Shown one piece after another: positions 15,738-21,730 of a stretch of 21,730 nucleotides of DNA. Numbering within the stretch: position 1 is the first letter of the stretch; every line of letters begins with the position of its first letter. Source of the stretch: an uncultured Clostridium sp. (GTDB lineage: Bacteria > Bacillota > Clostridia > Clostridiales > Clostridiaceae); NCBI RefSeq assembly GCF_900543325.1, contig NZ_UQQU01000059.1; one strand, 5' to 3'. Under the pieces are notes generated by a model. It was not told the DNA's origin. It saw only the letters and a program-made list of their open reading frames with translations, and did no database searches. The position numbers and the translations under genes were made by a program.

Positions 15738-16382
15738 CTAAAGTTTAGCTATATTATAATCTTTTGATTTTCTCAATCTTAATACCCTTGAATAGTTACA
15801 ATGGTTTTCTGCTACTACATCCATACTATGACTCTTAAAATAACTATACAGATCTTTATTGACAAATCTCTTAAAAGTCTTCGGTTCCAATAACTCTATA
15901 GGTAAAAATGCTATCTTTCGAAAAAAGTTATTGCTTCTTTCCCATTCTGTGACGATAATCTCACCATCATCCTTCAATACTCTCTTAGCTTCATAAAGTA
16001 TCTGACCGGCTAAATCTTCATCTATTTCATGCAAAACCAATGAAAGAAGTATCTTATCAAAATACTTATCTTTAAACCCCATCTTCCTTGCATCCATACA
16101 ATACAATCTTATATTCGATACACGTTCCTTTCTCATCTTAGCCATAGCAACTTCCAGCATATCTTCCGATAAATCTATACCAACTACCTTTGTTAAAGGC
16201 TTCGCTTTTGCAATCTTTAATGCATTGGTTGCTGTACCAGTACACAAATCTAATACCCTATTTGTATCGTCTACTTCTTCAAATACTACCTTTCTAGGAC
16301 TATTCTCATAATCTCTAAAATAAATTACACCTATCAAATCATAAAAGCCTGATATAGCTTTATAAAACAACTTTGAATTCAT
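15738..16382 (-). CDS. Class I SAM-dependent methyltransferase
   Basis: Motif I is VLDLCTGTATNA, followed by the post-I acidic GIDLSEDML and by FDKILLSLVLHEI. ATG 16382 is preferred as the start because GGAGGT lies 5 nt upstream. The ORF is open to 16409. Confidence 0.8.
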   Translation of the reverse strand: MNSKLFYKAISGFYDLIGVIYFRDYENSPRKVVFEEVDDTNRVLDLCTGTATNALKIAKAKPLTKVVGIDLSEDMLEVAMAKMRKERVSNIRLYCMDARKMGFKDKYFDKILLSLVLHEIDEDLAGQILYEAKRVLKDDGEIIVTEWERSNNFFRKIAFLPIELLEPKTFKRFVNKDLYSYFKSHSMDVVAENHCNYSRVLRLRKSKDYNIAKL

Positions 16383-16399
16383 TTTATACCTCCATCTGA

Positions 16400-17077
16400 C
16401 GATACACACTAGCTAATTTTTTTCAATCATTAGTTAATAAATTAAGTGATAAATACTATTTGATAGTTCCAACATTAAGTGGACATTATAAAAATTCAAC
16501 ATATATATCAATGCAAAATGAAGAAGAAATATTAAATAATTACTTAAAGGATAATAATATTGATAAATTAAAAATAGTTATAGGATTTTCATTAGGAGGA
16601 AATATTGCATTTGATTACTTTTGCAATAATTCAGATAAAATAGAAAAGGTAATTATTGATAGTGCCCCTATATTTAAGTTTCCACTATTTGTGAAATTAT
16701 ATTTTTATAATAAGTTTAAAAAATGCCTATTAGATATTCAGAATAATCCAAATGATGTTGTTGTCATATTAAATAAATGCTTTCCTGGAATGGGAAAAGT
16801 GCAACAACAAATTGCACCAATAATAACTTTAAATAGTTTAAAAAATTTAATGGAAAGTTGTTATAATGTAGAAACTCCTAAATTAGATATTAGTATTCAA
16901 AAGAAAATAACATTTTTATATGGAGAAAGAGACCTTGCAAGATTATGTTTATTAAGAATAAAAAAATATAAAAATAGCAATTTAATAAAACTTGATTCCT
17001 TAAATCATTGTGAATATTTTATGGCTAAGCAAGATGATTATATAAATAAAATAATTACTCAAAATTTTGTTGAATAA
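16400..17077 (+). pseudogene. Alpha/beta hydrolase, 5'-truncated (probable remnant)
   Basis: The open frame starts right after TGA at 16397-16399 and reads ...FFQSLVNKLSDKYYLIVPTLSGHY...GFSLGG (nucleophile elbow)...NHCEYF (His). The first beta-strands and the HG oxyanion segment, about 25-30 aa, are missing. There is no ATG with an SD, and the track start at 16460 is a TTG without an SD. Confidence 0.5.
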
Positions 17078-17957
17078 AATCAATATAACTTTTTTTTTGA
17101 ACTTTATCAGAATTATCCTTAAACCATTCATAAGATTCCTTTAGGCCCTCAAATAAATCCTTTTGTTCTAGTAATAAATGTGATTGCCTTGATACATCTA
17201 AACTATACTCATAGTTATAAAAACTAAAATAGCCTCTTTGATTACTATGGTTAGTTATATATACTTTTTCTAAAGGGGCTCCTACAACCTTATAGCATAA
17301 TTCAACAAATGTATTAATATCTACTAACTTTTCATTTCCAACATTAAATATATGCTCCTTTGGATGGATCTCCAAGATTTTTTCAATAACTTTACACAAA
17401 TCATCTACGTGAAAAAATTGTAATTTCATTTTACCATCATTAGGAATATAAAATTTTCTATTTTTCAAAGCACATTCAAATACAAATGGCTCTCTATATA
17501 GATTTTGCATTGGTCCATATAAATAAGGTGGTCTTAAAATATATGCGTTAGGAACTCTTGAAATTAAATATTCTTCTGCTTCAATTTTATCAGTTCCATA
17601 TTTACCCCATATCTTATTCACCCCAATACTTTGATTTTCTGAAAATGGTTGTGTGTTTGTTTCTGGATAAACAGCTGATGAACTAATAAATATATAATCT
17701 TTAAACTCTCCAACAGCATCTAATAGGTTTTTAATGTCTTTTTGATTATATCCACATACATCTATTATTACATCAAAAGAATACTGTTTTAGAGAATCCC
17801 CTAAATTATTTCTATCTGAACAAATTAAATTAACATTATCTATTTGTTGTTTAGTACCCCTATTTAAAACATAAACATCATAATTATTTGATTGAAAGTA
17901 TTTTGCTACATATTTACTAACAAATGTAGTTCCTCCGGTAACTAATATACGTTTCAT
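17055..17957 (-). CDS. NAD-dependent epimerase/dehydratase family protein (extended SDR)
   Basis: 300 aa. It has the N-terminal Rossmann motif ILVTGGTTFVSKYV and the catalytic YGTDK (YxxxK). SD GGGGGA lies upstream of ATG 17957. Its 3' end overlaps the convergent hydrolase remnant by 23 nt. Confidence 0.8.
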   Translation of the reverse strand: MKRILVTGGTTFVSKYVAKYFQSNNYDVYVLNRGTKQQIDNVNLICSDRNNLGDSLKQYSFDVIIDVCGYNQKDIKNLLDAVGEFKDYIFISSSAVYPETNTQPFSENQSIGVNKIWGKYGTDKIEAEEYLISRVPNAYILRPPYLYGPMQNLYREPFVFECALKNRKFYIPNDGKMKLQFFHVDDLCKVIEKILEIHPKEHIFNVGNEKLVDINTFVELCYKVVGAPLEKVYITNHSNQRGYFSFYNYEYSLDVSRQSHLLLEQKDLFEGLKESYEWFKDNSDKVQKKSYIDFIQQNFE

Positions 17958-18183
17958 AAAATCCCCCTAAAAAATATAAATCTGACGCTTTCTCCAATAA
18001 TGCTGACGCATAACCTTTATTTCTATAACCTATATGTGTCACAACATTTTCAATAGCTGCAAATGGTCTAACATTATGCGTTAAACTTTCAATTATAGCC
18101 ATTTGCACAGACGAAATGACTTTCCCATCTTCTTCTACAACTAACAAATGCATATTTTCATCTTTCTCAAACTTATCACTACC
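17917..18183 (-). pseudogene. GNAT N-acetyltransferase remnant (central segment only)
   Basis: The frame is open from 18183 and reads GSDKFEKDENMHLLVVEEDGKVISSVQMAIIESLTHNVRPFAAIENVVTHIGYRNKGYASALLEKASD, which covers GNAT beta2-4 and motif A. The sequence after that is unrelated and runs into the SD and ATG of the epimerase gene. The N-terminal ~40 aa and C-terminal ~50 aa are both missing. Confidence 0.65.
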
Positions 18184-18353
18184 TTATACCTATAATTATA
18201 CCCTACTTGTATTATATGGTAAATAATTCAAATAAAATTCCTCAACTGCATTAAACCTTACTGCTGAGGAACTCTATATTATATACACTATCTTATATAT
18301 TAAAAATATAGTTATTTTAATTAGCTCTACAAATTGAAATTTACATACTCCTA

Positions 18354-18932
18354 TTATTTTAAAAGTTCGTATGGTGATTTTTTATATTCAATATCTCCAA
18401 TAGAAAATTTCTTTGGATTCACCCTATTACTTAACTGTCTTGTCTCAATAAACTCTTTTGATACAGATACAAAATATTGTTGATTTTCTTTTTCAATCAA
18501 ATAATACTCATTACGATCTTTTAGCTGATACGCTAAATCAAAAATTCCAGGTTGAGTGATAAAGTCCAAAACATTCTCAATAGGAGTTAGCTTCTTTTTA
18601 CGCATAAGTGGATAAATAAAATTTGCATCATTAAATTTATTTAATACCACTGCATCTTGCTTACATCTACAACGTCCACTCTTTTCAAAGTCATCCAAAT
18701 TAATATACTCTTTGATTACTAGTTTATCTATATTACTATCATTATCTACTAAATAATCAATACTTGTATTAAGTAAAGTTGCTATTGCTTTTAGATTTCC
18801 TATATCGGGCATTCCTTTATCAGATTCCCATTTAGTAACCGCTTGTCTAGATACACATAATTTTTCTGCTAATTGTTCTTGAGACAATCCAATCTTTTTT
18901 CTTGCTTCTTTTAATTTTTCTCCTAACGTCAT
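18354..18932 (-). CDS. XRE-family HTH transcriptional regulator with uncharacterised C-terminal domain
   Basis: MTLGEKLKEARKKIGLSQEQLAEKLCVSRQAVTKWESDKGMPDIGNLKAIATLLNTSIDYL is a canonical HTH_3/XRE domain. About 125 further residues have no motif I recognise. ATG 18932 is preferred as the start because GGAGGT lies 7 nt upstream. The ORF is open to 19004. Confidence 0.8.
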   Translation of the reverse strand: MTLGEKLKEARKKIGLSQEQLAEKLCVSRQAVTKWESDKGMPDIGNLKAIATLLNTSIDYLVDNDSNIDKLVIKEYINLDDFEKSGRCRCKQDAVVLNKFNDANFIYPLMRKKKLTPIENVLDFITQPGIFDLAYQLKDRNEYYLIEKENQQYFVSVSKEFIETRQLSNRVNPKKFSIGDIEYKKSPYELLK

Positions 18933-19138
18933 AATTATTACCTCCATATTCTGATTTTTACATAAACTCATTTTACTAATTTCATGGTAAACTATAAGAT
19001 TCAAAAGTAAAAGAAACTGTTGTTTTCCTTAATGCAACGTATCGTAGCAGCTAATATTTAATTTTATCTTAATTAATATTTTATATTTGTTTATCTGGCT
19101 TATTTTATTTTTTAACTTTAAATTTAAGTGTAAAATAA

Positions 19139-19588
19139 CTAAATAAACTTAATGATAATATATATAGGAACCATAATATATGAAAAATTCCCCATATCAT
19201 AACCTACTAAAATATTTATTATACTTTGAAATGGTAACGTTGTGTAAATAGCAATAAAGCTCATTGTAGTAAATATAGTAACATCTGGTGTACTCCATCG
19301 TGAGATGAAAAGATCTAAATTTAAAAGTACAAATAAAAGTAGAAACATAATTATCCCTAAAAATATTAACACTGATTGATATTTTACTTTAAATAATCTT
19401 ATTAGTATTAAAAATAATATTGTAAATACAATTAAAACCCAAAAATAATTTTTTAAATCACTTTTTATATAATCATATTCCACAACTAAGTTAGATACCG
19501 CCATACTAACAACAGTAGTAATAAAATATACTATTAGTATTTTATTACTATCTTTTAGATTAATTATTTTTTTCACATATTCCTCCAT
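19139..19588 (-). CDS. Hypothetical polytopic membrane protein
   Basis: 149 aa with four to five hydrophobic helices. The start is either ATG 19588 (no SD) or GTG 19576 (GGAGG 5 nt upstream). Confidence 0.55.
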   Translation of the reverse strand: MEEYVKKIINLKDSNKILIVYFITTVVSMAVSNLVVEYDYIKSDLKNYFWVLIVFTILFLILIRLFKVKYQSVLIFLGIIMFLLLFVLLNLDLFISRWSTPDVTIFTTMSFIAIYTTLPFQSIINILVGYDMGNFSYIMVPIYIIIKFI

Positions 19589-19708
19589 GAATAATTAAAT
19601 ATATATTTTAGTACGCAATTATTTAAAATTGTTCATTATATCTAATAGGCAAATTGTAATTTATCAAGTAGCTTTTAATACGTAAAGCATAATTATTTAT
19701 CTAGCACC

Positions 19709-20668
19709 TTATAATGTTACATTTTGGATATAAAGGGATAATACATCCGCAAGATTCTCTATTTTTTCATAGTCTATCAATTCTGGAGTATCCTTTTCAT
19801 TTAAAATGAATTCTGAAACACCCCTTTGACATATATGAATATTTGCATAATTATTTTCCTCAAATGAAAAATAATCACTTACCCCCATATTTTGTTCAAA
19901 AGCAAATTTAGCTTTTTCAGTAGGATAATCCTCAACGAAATCTATATTATTATTATTAAAAATCTCTTTAATACCAGAATATAATTTTTCTGACTCACTA
20001 ACTCTACTTAAATTTTTCAAACCTAAAGGATTAGAATTATATGAATCCTTCATTCCAACACAGTCAATATTTATATTAAAAACATTTTGATATTGTAGTT
20101 TCTCAAGTTTTGTAACAAAATCTCTACTCCCTGAAAAAAGAGCCATTTCCCCATTAGTCATTAGAAAAATAACATCATAATTAAGAGATTGTTTTTTTGA
20201 TGTATCTTCTAATAATTTAGCTATTTCAAGAACTGTAGCAACACCTGATGCATTGTCAACAGCTCCATTAAACCAAGCATCAAAGTGAGCTGTCAAAATA
20301 ATAGCAGTACTATTATCTTTTCCACTAATCTTACCAACAACATTGCTAATATTTATATCATCACAAAAAAAATTATCTAAATATGATTTACCAAAAACAA
20401 ATTCTAAATTTAATTGTTTATATAGCTCATTAATATATTCAGTTGTTTTTTGATTTCCTTCTTTATTGTATTCCCTATCTTTAACCTCTTCAGAACATAG
20501 GTATTCAACCACTTCGTCAACTGTAAATTTTTCCTCTATACTTTCTTCTTGAACAATATTATCACTTACAACTTTACTTTCATCTTGCTTTGAATTAGTA
20601 TCATTGCAACTACACAATAAAAACATAATTATCACTATTAACAGAAAATTTTTTTTTATTTTAATCAT
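19709..20668 (-). CDS. M28 family zinc peptidase, probable lipoprotein
   Basis: The signal peptide has a lipobox-like sequence (FLLCSCN). The metal-binding motifs TAHFDAW and GAVDNASGVATVLEIAKLL are typical of M28 aminopeptidases. Confidence 0.75.
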   Translation of the reverse strand: MIKIKKNFLLIVIIMFLLCSCNDTNSKQDESKVVSDNIVQEESIEEKFTVDEVVEYLCSEEVKDREYNKEGNQKTTEYINELYKQLNLEFVFGKSYLDNFFCDDINISNVVGKISGKDNSTAIILTAHFDAWFNGAVDNASGVATVLEIAKLLEDTSKKQSLNYDVIFLMTNGEMALFSGSRDFVTKLEKLQYQNVFNINIDCVGMKDSYNSNPLGLKNLSRVSESEKLYSGIKEIFNNNNIDFVEDYPTEKAKFAFEQNMGVSDYFSFEENNYANIHICQRGVSEFILNEKDTPELIDYEKIENLADVLSLYIQNVTL

Positions 20669-20989
20669 CTCCCTCTATTAATTAAATATTACAAATAAAT
20701 ATATATGTTAAATTCTATGTTAAAATATCAGTTATTAATTTTACCTATATACTTTCTTAATAATATTATTGCTAAACCCCTATTTGTAGACCAGTTTAAT
20801 AAGTAACTAACTCGCATTATTAAACAATTGTTCATTAATCTCTAAATTAATTTTATAACAAAAACAGTAAAAATATAACTTTTTTACCTTTTATGTATCT
20901 ATTATTATTTTATACTTAAAATTACCTGTTAAAGAAACATTCTGCAACCCTTTATTTCATCTATATTTTAGTATTATTGTTATATTTTA

Positions 20990-21018
20990 TTGATTTATGG
21001 TAATAATAGATATATAAT
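20990..21018 (+). promoter_or_regulatory. Sigma-A type promoter of the small winged-helix gene
   Basis: TTGATT (20990-20995), a 17-nt spacer, then TATAAT (21013-21018), about 37 nt upstream of ATG 21055. Confidence 0.6.
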
Positions 21019-21054
21019 ATTAAATAATAATAATTATTCATAGAGGTGATTTTA

Positions 21055-21234
21055 ATGGATATTAAAGAAACTATTTTAAATGTTATGAGAGAAGCAGGAA
21101 AACCTGTTAGCGCTGGAGAAGTCGAAAAATTATCTGGACTTGATCGTAAAGATATAGATAAGGCTTTTAAAGAATTAAAGAAAGAAGAAGCTATTGTTTC
21201 TCCTGTTCGTTGCAAATGGGAACCAGCTCAATAA
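21055..21234 (+). CDS. Stand-alone 59-aa winged-helix (wHTH) protein
   Basis: The product is MDIKETILNVMREAGKPVSAGEVEKLSGLDRKDIDKAFKELKKEEAIVSPVRCKWEPAQ, with a helix-turn-helix-wing pattern. SD AGAGGTG lies 6 nt upstream of ATG 21055, whereas the track start at 21046 is a GTG inside that SD. The gene has its own promoter and terminator. Confidence 0.7.
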   Translation: MDIKETILNVMREAGKPVSAGEVEKLSGLDRKDIDKAFKELKKEEAIVSPVRCKWEPAQ

Positions 21235-21261
21235 AGACCGTACATTGTACGGTCTTTTTTT
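21233..21261 (+). terminator. Rho-independent terminator of the winged-helix gene
   Basis: The stem is AAAGACCGTAC (21233-21243) / GTACGGTCTTT (21247-21257) with a 3-nt loop, followed by TTTT. It overlaps the stop codon. Confidence 0.85.
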
Positions 21262-21322
21262 ATAATAACTATCAAATTTCATTTTAACTTTCATTCCTAT
21301 TGCTAATAATGGATTCTACACT

Positions 21323-21730
21323 TTATCCCTCAATTACTTTAACATAAAAACTTCTATTTCTTGGTCCATCAAACTCACAAAAGTATATATCTTGCCATGT
21401 ACCTAAAATAAGTTTTCCATCATCTATTATAAAAGTTTGAGATGCTCCCATAGTTGATGACTTCATATGTGCATGTGAATTACCTTCAAAATGTTTATAT
21501 TTAATATCATTAGTTGGATATGCCTTTTCAAAACCATAAATTAAATCCTTCACCACATCTGGATCAGCATTTTCATTTATAGTAATTCCAGCAGTTGTAT
21601 GAGGACAGTACACTACAACAATTCCATCCTTAACCTTGCTATCTTTAATATCTTCTTTTACTATTTCAGTAATATCAACCATAGTTTGAGCTTTATTTAT
21701 ACTCAATGAATGCTTATATAAATTTTTCAT
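21323..21730 (-). CDS. YjbQ/UPF0047 family protein (secondary thiamine-phosphate synthase-like)
   Basis: 135 aa. The segments DITEIVKE...GIVVVYCPHTTAGITINENADPDVVKDL and ...GNSHAHMKSS...GTWQDIYFCEFDGPRNR form the conserved UPF0047 pattern. The ATG is at the very edge of the window, so the upstream signals are not visible. Confidence 0.85.
   Translation of the reverse strand: MKNLYKHSLSINKAQTMVDITEIVKEDIKDSKVKDGIVVVYCPHTTAGITINENADPDVVKDLIYGFEKAYPTNDIKYKHFEGNSHAHMKSSTMGASQTFIIDDGKLILGTWQDIYFCEFDGPRNRSFYVKVIEG

Noticed and set aside
5699-18183. The two GNAT fragments as separated halves of one gene, which would indicate an inversion or insertion of the intervening 12 kb.
   Set aside because: Both fragments contain their own motif A (RKGIG at 5699-5950, RNKGYA at 17917-18183). 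They therefore overlap in domain coverage and derive from two different genes.
17917-18932. The XRE regulator plus the downstream GNAT as a type II toxin-antitoxin pair (GNAT toxin).
   Set aside because: The GNAT is a fragment lacking both termini. It is separated from the XRE gene by about 170 nt, and the XRE protein is a 192-aa two-domain regulator rather than a small antitoxin.
359-21215. Nine ORFs from the supplied track that lie antisense to or inside longer genes: 359-577(+), 3243-3443(+), 5707-5892(+), 7338-7625(+), 8253-8534(-), 10728-10949(-), 10741-11001(+), 12673-12867(+), 20961-21215(-).
   Set aside because: Each lies within a longer ORF that has clear family signatures. An alternative frame in very AT-rich DNA easily stays open. 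The translations are low-complexity (Ile/Phe/Lys/Leu-rich), and I saw no SD in front of them. The 20961-21215 ORF is antisense to the well-supported winged-helix gene and its promoter.

Overview
Very AT-rich, Clostridium-like (low-GC Firmicute) chromosomal segment with about 24 credible genes, mostly on the minus strand. All motifs, folds and coordinates were read by eye and need computational confirmation.

Recognisable content:
- a PadR regulator plus a PadR-linked membrane protein, with a consensus promoter and an operator-like palindrome
- an orphan AAA-ATPase-like / PD-(D/E)xK protein
- an amidohydrolase and MBL-fold hydrolase pair
- a short Ppx/GppA phosphatase
- the CstA transporter
- an IS1595-family transposase-like gene
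- a same-strand cluster: SAM methyltransferase, MTA/SAH nucleosidase, S51 peptidase-like protein, DUF815 ATPase
- an NAD-dependent epimerase
- an XRE regulator
- an M28 lipoprotein peptidase
- a 59-aa winged-helix protein
- YjbQ/UPF0047

I recognised no rRNA, tRNA or CRISPR array.

The window carries many gene remnants: two GNAT fragments, a MATE transporter missing TM4-6 and frameshifted, a 5'-truncated alpha/beta hydrolase, and an amber-interrupted PadR-linked gene.

The least explained stretch is the roughly 900-bp gap at 5951-6856, which has no ORF of 60 aa or more. It holds two things:
- a 175-nt nested palindromic element with four related mini-hairpins and inverted heptamer arrays, sitting at the GNAT truncation point
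- a self-contained plus-strand unit (extended -10, structured leader that occludes the SD, 54-codon membrane peptide, strong terminator) that resembles a type I toxin or a leader-regulated micro-protein

Other oddities are a perfect 40-bp palindrome next to the transposase-like gene, and the apparent loss of that gene's first catalytic acidic motif.
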